48,637 nucleotides of DNA from Patescibacteria group bacterium (GCA_018825385.1 JAHJEX010000045.1:1-48637), one strand, 5' to 3'; positions 27,529-35,471 are shown, numbered from the stretch's first letter. Numbers and translations are program-made. The notes: generated by a model not told the origin, from the letters alone.

Positions 27529-28206
27529 TTAAAAGGTTTTATAACGAGTAGCACTTTTCTTTTTTCCACTTAACAACTTACCCTTACTGGTTATAGGTGT
27601 ACGTAATGATCTACATATTTTTTTAAGCTGTTCGTTTGTCAGTTCTTCTCTATGAGACATCAACCATAGTAATAGTTCATCCCATTCGTCTTGAGTCTCA
27701 ATCATTTTTGTCTCAATTGGAGTAGTCGTTGTTCTATAATACAAAGCACCATGAACAATTCTAGCAGTTTTATTTCTTGATTTATAATGTGTTGTACTTA
27801 TTACTGGGAATGGTTGCTTAATATCTTGCACTTTAATTACTATAAATCTTCTTTCTTCCTCTTTTATCATTACCAATCCCCCATGAATGATAATGTTTAA
27901 TTTTTGATTTGCTTTGGGATTAATAAATCGTGCAATATCGTCCTTATTGTCAAAAGATTTATACTGTTTGAGTGTTAGTCCTTTTCTTGCGTAACTCCTT
28001 CCTCCACTTCTCTCTTGTTTAATACCGATAATGATATTCCCACCTCCTTCAAGATTAGCCATTGCAAAACAAGTCTTCGCAATTTCGTGTCTACGCATAG
28101 CAGAACTACTTGAAGTTCCCCAAAAAAACGGGGGTTTAAATTCCCAGTTTCTTTCTTCATCACCATATGCTATGTATCCTTTCATGTCCTGAGTAAGGGA
28201 AATCAT
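27529..28206 (-). CDS. AlbA_2 (Schlafen-like / divergent-AAA) domain protein
   Basis: 225 aa. RNWEFKPPF..., IAKTCFAMANLEGGGNIIIGI, RFIVIKVQDIKQPFPV and GALYYRTTTTP follow the AlbA_2 pattern (E.EFK ... vAfaNt.GG.l.iGv ... v.V....P ... y.R.gs.t). Confidence 0.65.
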   Translation of the reverse strand: MISLTQDMKGYIAYGDEERNWEFKPPFFWGTSSSSAMRRHEIAKTCFAMANLEGGGNIIIGIKQERSGGRSYARKGLTLKQYKSFDNKDDIARFINPKANQKLNIIIHGGLVMIKEEERRFIVIKVQDIKQPFPVISTTHYKSRNKTARIVHGALYYRTTTTPIETKMIETQDEWDELLLWLMSHREELTNEQLKKICRSLRTPITSKGKLLSGKKKSATRYKTF

Positions 28207-28335
28207 TTTGTAAAATTTATTTTGTTGTTCCTACTTAGATTATCCATTATATTGCTAATTGAAATTAGCTTTTCAGAAATACTCACACCCCCACCATACT
28301 CCAATCTTAGCCAAAAATCAAGAAAACCGCCTTTT

Positions 28336-29106
28336 TTATGCAAGTTGGTAATAGCCACGAGAAACAAAATCTAAATATCCTTTATCCCGCAAAAATTGAA
28401 GCTGTTGTCGAATTTTGTCCTTAATGTGTTTATTGTTTGGATGAAGCTTACTTAATTCTTTTTCAAAGCCATATACTTCATTAAGTGTGAAATCTTTCTT
28501 GCCAATTTTCTCAATACAGTAGATCACATCAAGCAACCAACCTCTTTCCAAAACCTCTTCGGTATCTCTAAGAAACAATGTCTTCTTCCACTCAGAAAGC
28601 ACTTTCTCTTTTGGTTTAATTACTTTGTTCCTAACTAAATATATCCTTCCAGTCTGTGGTATATTTTTAAGAATAATATTGCAGCCAACCCAACCAGAAC
28701 GGCTCGCTGTTGGCGCAAGCGGTTTTCTTTTTTCAATTATTTGTGGAATAAAAAAATGTTTGGGAATAACCATAAAATTAATTATCTCCAGTTTTGACAA
28801 ATCATAGTTTAATAAAAAGAAATTGGGATTAGTACTGCTAGTCAATCTTTCAATCATAGTACGATATGCCCCATCAACAATCTTTGTCCCTACATTATTT
28901 TGCTTGCTCTTTAATTCATAATCTTCATGACAATTGACACAGAAAAAATCAGCAACGGGCTGATTGTTTGGATATTTATCAATATAATTTTTCCCACAAT
29001 TCGGACAATAGACAGAATCATCAACCCACTGTTCAGTTAAGACACGCGCCTTCTGCGATGCACTCTTGTAATCTCTAGCAATATTCTCATTAAGTTTAAG
29101 TTCCAT
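28336..29106 (-). CDS. DpnI-type (Type IIM, GmATC-dependent) restriction endonuclease
   Basis: 256 aa, colinear with my recollection of R.DpnI. Shared blocks: MEL..N......YKS.SQKAR.LTE.WV....YCPNCG, RPVADF.C..C.E..ELKSK, DGAY.TM..R......PNFF.L.Y, RKPLAPTA.R.GW.GCNI, IK.KIRQQLQ.LRDK. Confidence 0.9.
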   Translation of the reverse strand: MELKLNENIARDYKSASQKARVLTEQWVDDSVYCPNCGKNYIDKYPNNQPVADFFCVNCHEDYELKSKQNNVGTKIVDGAYRTMIERLTSSTNPNFFLLNYDLSKLEIINFMVIPKHFFIPQIIEKRKPLAPTASRSGWVGCNIILKNIPQTGRIYLVRNKVIKPKEKVLSEWKKTLFLRDTEEVLERGWLLDVIYCIEKIGKKDFTLNEVYGFEKELSKLHPNNKHIKDKIRQQLQFLRDKGYLDFVSRGYYQLA

Positions 29107-29175
29107 AGTTTCATATTACGCTATATCAACATTAAATCAAATAAAAACGACCAACGAGAAAACCCCAAAACCTGC

Positions 29176-29232
29176 CCCCACACCAATAATTTATATTCAA
29201 TAAATATCGGTAATTTACTTATTGGTGTGGGG
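29176..29232. repeat. 14-bp perfect inverted repeat CCCCACACCAATAA ... TTATTGGTGTGGGG with a 29-nt AT-rich loop, upstream of the DpnI-type gene
   Basis: Read directly (29176-29189 / 29219-29232). Confidence 0.8.
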
Positions 29233-29289
29233 CTGATCAATTAAACCTGTTTCTAGTTTAAATATAATTCTGTTTATAAGCAAATTGTA

Positions 29290-29545
29290 CCTACAGAATG
29301 AGGAGCGGGGACACAGAAGAAAAATAGAAAGAAACAAGAGAAGACCCCCGGAACCACACACGGACTGTTACTACAGTATCGGGATTGCTTCGCCCTTCGA
29401 CTTCGCTCAGGACTCGCAATGGGTGCTGATATCCTACCGGAATAAAACACTTCCTTCGACTCTCTTTGTTCGCTCAGGAAATATTGTGGATCTCCGGGTC
29501 AAGCCCGAAGATGACATGAGACTAGCTCAGGAAATATTGTGAATT
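29290..29545. repeat. Mosaic of MITE-like modules (covered by a spurious 85-aa ORF)
   Basis: Contains cttcgacttcgctcagga, ctcgcaatgggtgctg and ggatctccgggtcaagcccgaagatgaca modules shared with other intergenic regions. Confidence 0.7.
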
Positions 29546-29560
29546 ATTTTGTTTTCTATT

Positions 29561-30313
29561 CTATTCAGTATAAATCAAACTATACTGAGATGTAATTTCG
29601 CCGTCACTGATAACAGTTTCATAATCAGCACTATAGCCTCCCGTCTCTGCATCCTCTACATAGAATGGTGCTGAATCAAATATTGCCAGGGTATCTCTAT
29701 TTATGAGCATTTCATAATCAAAATTATCGCTATCATAATAGTTGCCATACAAATGATAGAATGTGCTAGTTGTGTGCCACGGATCATATTGAGCATCGCA
29801 ACCCTCATACAATTCTATACCAAGAATGCGATCAGCAGCTATCGCTAAAATATCTGGATCTTGATCGGTATTGCAGAATGCCGCGGACAAAGCTCCAGTA
29901 CCATTACCAGTTTTTAAATTAGCCAGCTTAGCATGGTTAGTAATATAGTAATATGCATCGCCAGCAGCAACTACTTCAGCTCTTGATTTTGGCAGACTGT
30001 CATTCACCTTCATAAAATATATTACTGCGATTGGATATGTTTCCGTCATGTCAAACTTTATCCCAATCTGACCGGTTATCTTGCCATCTGTAGAAGTAAT
30101 ATCAATTGTTGTACCATCATACTGCTTTAGATCAGCATATGGATCAGCTGTAGCATTTGTATTAACAGCTGTTTCATTCGTATTTGCCGGTTGATTAGTG
30201 GTGTTTGTAGTATCTTTTCCGGAAAAAAGAAAATAGGCTCCAATTGCTAGGCCTATTATTACCACAACCACAACTATTGTAATCATCGGCGATTTTTTCG
30301 TATCATCCGCCAT
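29561..30313 (-). CDS. Membrane-anchored extracytoplasmic protein, unknown function
   Basis: Start moved to the ATG at 30311-30313 (MADDTKKSPMITIVVVVVIIGLAIGAYFL...). TM, then an N/T-rich linker, then a soluble domain. Confidence 0.55.
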   Translation of the reverse strand: MADDTKKSPMITIVVVVVIIGLAIGAYFLFSGKDTTNTTNQPANTNETAVNTNATADPYADLKQYDGTTIDITSTDGKITGQIGIKFDMTETYPIAVIYFMKVNDSLPKSRAEVVAAGDAYYYITNHAKLANLKTGNGTGALSAAFCNTDQDPDILAIAADRILGIELYEGCDAQYDPWHTTSTFYHLYGNYYDSDNFDYEMLINRDTLAIFDSAPFYVEDAETGGYSADYETVISDGEITSQYSLIYTE

Positions 30314-30403
30314 AGTTTTATGGTTAATAGTCTTGTTACATTCATTATAGCTTATTCCAGCTAAAACCAAAAACCCCCCAGCCTTGGCGTCGAGACAGGC
30401 CAT

Positions 30404-30492
30404 TTTTGGGGAGGTAATAGATTGTCATTCTCGGACGCCAACACAGGAGGCGATCTGGGAATCCATGACTTTTTTACGAACTATGTTTTTTG
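30404..30492. repeat. About 88-bp direct repeat, copy 1 (copy 2 at 30700-30788)
   Basis: ggggaggtaatagattgtcattctcggacgcc[a/g]ac[a/g]caggaggcgatc[t/c]gggaatccatgacttttttacgaact[a/t]tgtttttt. Near-identical copies are spaced about 296 bp apart. Confidence 0.85.
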
Positions 30493-30600
30493 GCCGCCTA
30501 ACTGCTGTAAGGAAGTGCTGCAGTTTTTTATTTATATTAGAATAATAATATCTAACCATTCCGCCCTACAAACTAGAATATAGCATTTGCTACGTACCCC

Positions 30601-30818
30601 ACCTCCCCTCGGAATAATGTTTTTAAAAGTAACAATGTCACTCTCCCCTCCTTGGCAAGGAGGGGAAGGTAATGTCGGGTTCTTAGATTGAATAATGATT
30701 TTCAGGGGAGGTAATAGATTGTCATTCTCGGACGCCGACGCAGGAGGCGATCCGGGAATCCATGACTTTTTTACGAACTTTGTTTTTTGAATCTCCGGAT
30801 CCAGTCCGAAGATGACAT
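30601..30818. repeat. About 160-200 bp repeat, copy A (copy B at 32782-32982)
   Basis: The two copies are about 90% identical over about 160 bp. Includes palindrome CCCCTCCTT-ggc-AAGGAGGGG (30645-30665) and the gtcattctcgg module. Confidence 0.85.
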
Positions 30819-30887
30819 GTAACATGCTCAAATCAAAAAACCCCGCGAATTACTTCATGGGGTTTTTATTTATACAGTATTATTCGA

Positions 30888-31187
30888 CTATTCTTTATCA
30901 AACATATCTCTCATTCTTTGATGCAGTTCTTCAATAGCAGCCAGTTTTTCGTTCAGTATTTCTCTATCCTGCTCTGCATTACCGGTTATCTCCCCTATCT
31001 CAGATTCTATCTGTACTAGGCTGCTTTCAACTTCAGTTACTATTTCTGAGACTTCCGGTTTGTTTTCAAATATTTCCAGGAGGCCGCGAACACTAATTGC
31101 TGCTTCATTTATTTTTGCGTAAATATGCGTCGTCATTTCACTATCTGATATTCCCTCTTTGGATCCTCCTCCGTCAAATAAGTTCAT
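30888..31187 (-). CDS. Acidic coiled-coil hypothetical protein
   Basis: 99-aa ORF, Glu/Ile-rich, preceded by a stem-loop/T-run at 30841-30865. Confidence 0.5.
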   Translation of the reverse strand: MNLFDGGGSKEGISDSEMTTHIYAKINEAAISVRGLLEIFENKPEVSEIVTEVESSLVQIESEIGEITGNAEQDREILNEKLAAIEELHQRMRDMFDKE

Positions 31188-31235
31188 AATCTATTCCTAA
31201 ATTATTATTTATTTCTCCAGATATTAGTGTGGGAG

Positions 31236-31859
31236 TTACTTTTTTTTCTTGACCGCTTTCTTCACAGCTTTTTTAGCAACTTTCTTTGTTGCAGGTTTTT
31301 TTGTTGTTTCCTTTTTTTCTACTGTTTTCTTTGCCTGTCCCCGACTTGATCGGGGATCAATTTCCATTTTTGACATTTCTTTCCCAACCACCGCTTTTTC
31401 TATGAATCCGATAACTCTGTCCAGTTTGTTGTTTAAAGATGTTAGCTGTTCGGATATCTGCTTGTTACCTACGCCATCACTTGGTGCTTTTTTTGGTCTT
31501 CCACCATCTCGAAATCCTCCCGGACGGTCTTCTTTACTGAAACAGTCACTGCAGAAAATAGGTTTTCCGCTGGTTGGTTTGAACGGTACTTCTGCTTTTC
31601 CACCACATTTATCACAAATAGCAGTATACATACCGCGATCACTTGATCTGCCAAATCCTCGGTCATTGGATCTTCCATAACCTCGATCGTTGGATCTGCT
31701 AAAGTTACGCCCTCCTGATCCTCCGCTATGACTGTTTCCTTTTTCGCCAAAACAGTTACTGCATAGAACAGGTTTTCCGCCAGATGGTCGGAAGGGCACT
31801 TCGCATTTATTTCCACACTCATCACAAGTAGCTGGAAACATTGGTTTTTTGTCGTACAT
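31236..31859 (-). CDS. Tandem CxxC zinc-ribbon protein with an RGG-like repeat linker and a Lys-rich tail (likely nucleic-acid binding)
   Basis: Two copies of C-x2-CG-x4-VPF+P-x3-KP-x-C-x2-CF. Three RSNDRG[YF]G repeats. C-terminal KKPATKKVAKKAVKKAVKKKK. Confidence 0.65.
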   Translation of the reverse strand: MYDKKPMFPATCDECGNKCEVPFRPSGGKPVLCSNCFGEKGNSHSGGSGGRNFSRSNDRGYGRSNDRGFGRSSDRGMYTAICDKCGGKAEVPFKPTSGKPIFCSDCFSKEDRPGGFRDGGRPKKAPSDGVGNKQISEQLTSLNNKLDRVIGFIEKAVVGKEMSKMEIDPRSSRGQAKKTVEKKETTKKPATKKVAKKAVKKAVKKKK

Positions 31860-31925
31860 ATATATTTGTATTAGTCTATAATTATTTAATCGAGCTTTAG
31901 TAATATAAAAATATTGGTTTGGGGA

Positions 31926-32117
31926 TCAATAAATCTCTTTAACTCTCCCAACTACTCCTGATTCTAATCTCACTTTTATTCCGTGCGGGTGATTAACTGA
32001 ATTGGTCAAAATATCTTTCACAATACCCTCTGTAAGTTCTCCTGTTTTTTGATCCTCTTTTTTCACTACAGCTACATGCAAACCCTCTGATATGTTTTCT
32101 CTATTGTTTCCATTCAT
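31926..32117 (-). CDS. YwbE-family small protein (DUF2196)
   Basis: 63 aa with GIVKDILTNSVNHPHGIKVRLESGVVGRVKEI, the YwbE signature. Confidence 0.8.
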   Translation of the reverse strand: MNGNNRENISEGLHVAVVKKEDQKTGELTEGIVKDILTNSVNHPHGIKVRLESGVVGRVKEIY

Positions 32118-32130
32118 ATTTATCTATATC

Positions 32131-32424
32131 TTAACATTTATCCCACTTAAAACCGGGGTGTTTTTGTTCAAATTTCTTTGCAGACTGCTTGGTAATGACG
32201 TGCCAGGGAACATTGGCACTAGCACCAACAATTCCAGCTAAAGCACATCGACAAAGGGTAGGATCAACTTTAGCTAGCAATTCATCAAAAACTTCATAAG
32301 GATCACGATCTAAAAATTCTTCTTTTGAGCTGATTCCGATCTTTCTAAGTTTTCCAGCAGTTACTTTGCCAATATTAGGCAATGATTCAAGCGGACTATT
32401 TTTCGGAGACATTTTCTTATTCAT
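32131..32424 (-). CDS. TfoX/Sxy C-terminal-domain (HhH) protein
   Basis: 97 aa with LPNIGKVTAGKLRKIGISSKEEF...DPYEVF, resembling the TfoX_C / McrB-like HhH module. Confidence 0.6.
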   Translation of the reverse strand: MNKKMSPKNSPLESLPNIGKVTAGKLRKIGISSKEEFLDRDPYEVFDELLAKVDPTLCRCALAGIVGASANVPWHVITKQSAKKFEQKHPGFKWDKC

Positions 32425-32519
32425 ATACCTATCCTACTACTAAATAACCCATAAATCAATCCATCGACTTAGTTTCCCGATGTATGTCGGGACACACTAC
32501 AGGTCGCTAAGGACCAATC

Positions 32520-32736
32520 AAAAAACCCTTTGTAAAGGGTCCCAATTTACTTCCGACGAGTGACGCGTAAATCCTTTTAGCCTCTCTATGATTTGGGCTG
32601 GACGCTATAACGTTTAAACTCTATCCTGAAAAACTGATAATTACTGGTTTCTGTTCACAATATCTTCGCAACAACGCGTTTATATGCGTGTCTGTATTAC
32701 TTTCTGAAGCGCGACACAAAACCATTAAATACTTGA
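32520..32736 (-). ncRNA. Candidate about 215-nt transcript (sRNA, leader or 34-aa small-ORF mRNA) between a consensus promoter and a terminator
   Basis: Bounded by the promoter at 32743-32771 and the hairpin ACCCUU-uaca-AAGGGU + U6 (32520-32540). Contains a possible ORF, MVLCRASESNTDTHINALLRRYCEQKPVIISFSG. Confidence 0.3.
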
Positions 32737-32742
32737 ACGGGT

Positions 32743-32771
32743 ATGATAGCATGCATACCACACCCTGTCAA
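32743..32771 (-). promoter_or_regulatory. Sigma70-type promoter TTGACA-N17-TATCAT
   Basis: Minus strand: TTGACA (32766-32771), 17-nt spacer, TATCAT (32743-32748). Confidence 0.5.
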
Positions 32772-32781
32772 GGGTCGGTCT

Positions 32782-32982
32782 ACCTCCTCTCGGAATAATG
32801 TTTTTAAAAATAACAATGTCACTCTCCCCTCCTTGACAAGGAGGGGAAGACAATGTCGGATTCTTAGATTGAATAATGATTTTCAGGGGAGGCAATAGAT
32901 TGTCATTCTCAGACGCCGACGCAGGAGACGATCTTGGAATCTACTCTTCTACTGGATCTCAGGAGCAAGTCCGAAGATGACA
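32782..32982. repeat. About 160-200 bp repeat, copy B (copy A at 30601-30818)
   Basis: See copy A. Includes CCCCTCCTT-gac-AAGGAGGGG (32826-32846). Confidence 0.85.
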
Positions 32983-33197
32983 GTTCCTCAAGCTTAGAAA
33001 ACGAAACAATCCCGTTACTCAATATGAAACCGCTTTCACTAAGTATCGGGATTGCGTCGTCATCCCACAAAAGCGGGATTCCTCGCAATGGGTGCTGTTT
33101 TTCTGACCTAACCCCAAAACTTAATAAGTAATCCTTCGACAAAGTTTATCCGGGCTTATGCCGGGACTCAGGAAATAAACCGGATTGTGTGTGTGGG

Positions 33198-34424
33198 CTA
33201 CTTCCGTCTTCTCCTTCCTTGTCCACGGTTTCCGCGCGGGCGACTGCGGGAATAACTGCGTCTGGTATTACGGGAATTAAATTTAGTCTTTGCCGGCTCT
33301 TTAGGGTAGGCACTTCCCTCTCCCAAAACAATCTGGGTTCGGATCAGCTTTTCTATATCTCTTATATCCCGGTGTTGATCAGGCGTAGCAAACGAAATTG
33401 CCTTACCTTTTTTGCCCGCTCTTGCCGTTCTACCAATACGATGAACATAGTCATCTGGTGAACCCGGCAAATCATAATTTACTACTACTTCTATATTGTT
33501 GACGTCTATTCCCCGAGCGGCTATATCAGTTGCCACCAAAATCCGATGCTTGCCATTTTTAAATCCTTCAATAGCAGCCCGCCTTTGTGCCAAAGTTCGA
33601 TTTGAATGGATTTCAGCAGCAGTATGGTTCATGCGGCGAATATCAATGGCAAGTTTTTTAGCTCCCCATTTTGTTCGGGAAAAAACCAAAATGGAACCGC
33701 TGTATTTATCGAGTACGGTCTTTAACATTGCTGTTTTATTATTTGCTGCAAGAAAAACCACTTCCTGATCAATTTCTTTAACGGTGGTTCCGGGCTGTGC
33801 TATTTCAACACGCAGGGGTAAATGCATATGCCGATTTGCAATCGCAAGTATGGACTGCGGCATGGTCGCAGAATATAACAGTGTTTGTCTCGTCTTGGGG
33901 GTACGGATAAGGATTTTTTCAATCTGCGGAGCAAATCCCATGTCCAGCATTCGGTCTGCCTCATCTAGAGTCAGAACACCAACTTCATTTAGCAGTTTCA
34001 GATTATGTGAAAGATGATCGATTAATCTCCCGGGCGTTGCAATAATAATGTGCGGATTGTTTCTCAGCGCACGGGTTTGCATCCCCATTGAAGCACCACC
34101 AATAACTACTACAATCTTTAATCCTAATGGTCTGCCGAATCGCATCAGCATCTCATCTGCCTGAGCAGCCAGTTCACGCGTTGGAACCAAAATCAGACCT
34201 CGCGTTTTTTTGCGCGCAATGTTTTGGATCATAGGAAGTCCAAAGGCCAAAGTTTTTCCTGTTCCGGTCTGGGCAATCCCGATCAGGTCCTTTCCTTCAA
34301 TTGCCAAAGGAATAGTCTTTGCCTGAATTGGCGTCGGTACTGTAAACCTATTTTTATCCAATATTTGAAGTAGCTTTGGTGCCAGTCCAAGTCCATAGAA
34401 ATTTGATGTTGATTCCTGATTCAT
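33198..34424 (-). CDS. DEAD-box ATP-dependent RNA helicase (RhlE-like) with an Arg-rich tail
   Basis: Q motif PTPIQ, AQTGTGKT, DEAD, SAT, HRIGRTARAG. The track ORF begins at a TTG (34466); the ATG at 34422-34424 (MNQESTSNFYGLGL) is more likely. Confidence 0.92.
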   Translation of the reverse strand: MNQESTSNFYGLGLAPKLLQILDKNRFTVPTPIQAKTIPLAIEGKDLIGIAQTGTGKTLAFGLPMIQNIARKKTRGLILVPTRELAAQADEMLMRFGRPLGLKIVVVIGGASMGMQTRALRNNPHIIIATPGRLIDHLSHNLKLLNEVGVLTLDEADRMLDMGFAPQIEKILIRTPKTRQTLLYSATMPQSILAIANRHMHLPLRVEIAQPGTTVKEIDQEVVFLAANNKTAMLKTVLDKYSGSILVFSRTKWGAKKLAIDIRRMNHTAAEIHSNRTLAQRRAAIEGFKNGKHRILVATDIAARGIDVNNIEVVVNYDLPGSPDDYVHRIGRTARAGKKGKAISFATPDQHRDIRDIEKLIRTQIVLGEGSAYPKEPAKTKFNSRNTRRSYSRSRPRGNRGQGRRRRK

Positions 34425-34555
34425 AACTTTAAATAGTAAAGAATAAAAGCAAAGTGCAGTTTTCAAGTTTTTATCATGGTCGATGCTCTTTACAAATGTA
34501 CCCTACCACGAAACCCCAATAAACACTAACCGGATTACCGATTAACAAATAAAAA

Positions 34556-34584
34556 AACCCGCGATCATGTTGATGCAGGTTAAT
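34556..34584 (-). terminator. Terminator of GC-rich cassette d
   Basis: Minus strand CCUGCAUCA-aca-UGAU(c)GCGGG followed by UUUUUUU. Confidence 0.65.
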
Positions 34585-34585
34585 G

Positions 34586-34675
34586 TCAGCCGAAGCCAAC
34601 CGCCAAAGCAATAATGGCAAAAAGTGCAAGGATTCCCAGCGTTACAACGCCAATGATTTTGGCTATGCGGTTCAT
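34586..34675 (-). CDS. 29-aa hydrophobic peptide (type I toxin-like / small membrane protein)
   Basis: Own translation: MNRIAKIIGVVTLGILALFAIIALAVGFG*. Preceded by GAAGGTGG 7 nt upstream. Below the 60-aa cutoff of the ORF track. Confidence 0.45.
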   Translation of the reverse strand: MNRIAKIIGVVTLGILALFAIIALAVGFG

Positions 34676-34813
34676 GAGCCACCACCTTCTAATTTAGGAA
34701 AGAAAAATACCCTTCCTATTTCCACCCTAACACCATATTTACCATTCATCAAGAGAAGAAAAAAACTCCCAAATCTGCCGAAACAAATGGGAGGGAGCGG
34801 AACGCTCGAAAGA

Positions 34814-35353
34814 TCAGTGTTGGCCGCGACGATCGATGGGATGCCCAAACGGCATTGTGCTGCCCTTGCAGGCTTGGGGATCATCGGTGCGGATGCCGAA
34901 CGGCATGGTGCTTTCCATGATGACCATACTGCCGTCATCGAGAAGATCAAAGAGCGAGATGCCAGACCGCACTTCCTCGATCGGAAACTTGACCGCTTGC
35001 CACCCGTTGCGGATGGCAATGGTGCCGTCGTAGCAATCGAAGAAAACCTCCAGGTACTTCCAGAAGAGCTCTCTGATCGCGTCAAGCCGATTGTCCAGAT
35101 GCTCCATCTCGGAGGTGAACTGACAATCCGTTCTGTGACCGCGTCCCGTCGCTGGACACGCAGTATGGTGTTCTGCGTGGAGCTCTTCCATCTTTCGGAC
35201 GAGTACCATTTGGACCATGAATAGCTTCTGCAGTTCATCGGGAATCGGCCCGAGTACCTCTTCATCGCCACCGGCTTCCTTGTCAGGTAGCTGGCGGTCA
35301 TCTTCAGTGATCTCCTGCTGGAGATCGAGAATCCATTGCGGAATTGGAAGCAT
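34814..35353 (-). CDS. Hypothetical protein of GC-rich cassette d
   Basis: Of three overlapping long ORFs, only this frame has protein-like composition. The ATG at 35351-35353 is preceded by AAAGGAA. The track start (GTG at 35431) lies inside the predicted promoter. Confidence 0.6.
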   Translation of the reverse strand: MLPIPQWILDLQQEITEDDRQLPDKEAGGDEEVLGPIPDELQKLFMVQMVLVRKMEELHAEHHTACPATGRGHRTDCQFTSEMEHLDNRLDAIRELFWKYLEVFFDCYDGTIAIRNGWQAVKFPIEEVRSGISLFDLLDDGSMVIMESTMPFGIRTDDPQACKGSTMPFGHPIDRRGQH

Positions 35354-35421
35354 CGCCGTTCCTTTCGCTTGTAGTAACAAGATGTACTGCGAAATGACTT
35401 CTTTCTGCAGAAGTTCGAACA

Positions 35422-35450
35422 ACCTTAGCACGTGTTTGCAGGTTTGTCAA
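35422..35450 (-). promoter_or_regulatory. Promoter TTGACA-N17-TAAGGT of cassette d
   Basis: Minus strand: TTGACA (35445-35450), 17-nt spacer, TAAGGT (35422-35427). Confidence 0.45.
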
Positions 35451-35471
35451 CCCCGGTTTTTATCCTAAATA

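Noticed and set aside
29285-29542. 85-aa ORF
   Set aside because: It is composed entirely of MITE-like repeat modules (translations of the type SPFDFAQDS / RVKPEDDM).
30532-30831. 99-aa ORF
   Set aside because: It spans the duplicated repeat modules and the CCCCTCC palindrome. It is a repeat-derived artefact.
31249-31825. ORFs 31249-31680 (+) and 31469-31825 (-)
   Set aside because: They are alternative frames of the zinc-ribbon gene, whose duplicated CxxC...CxxCF units identify the true frame.
23240-33145. Possibility that the recurring short repeats form a CRISPR array
   Set aside because: The repeats are palindromic modules of several different types, in both orientations, with irregular spacing. 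There is no repeat-spacer periodicity and there are no cas genes.
32909-33461. ORFs 32909-33142 (-), 32934-33131 (+), 33146-33331 (-) and 33189-33461 (+)
   Set aside because: The first two lie in repeat copy B. The other two are alternative frames or antisense to the Arg-rich 3' end of the DEAD-box gene.
34583-35301. Long overlapping ORFs 34583-35224 (+, 213 aa) and 34672-35301 (-, 209 aa) in the GC-rich island
   Set aside because: Arg/Ser/Pro/Gly-rich low-complexity translations, typical of off-frame reading of GC-rich DNA. The third frame (34814-35353, minus) has protein-like composition and an SD.
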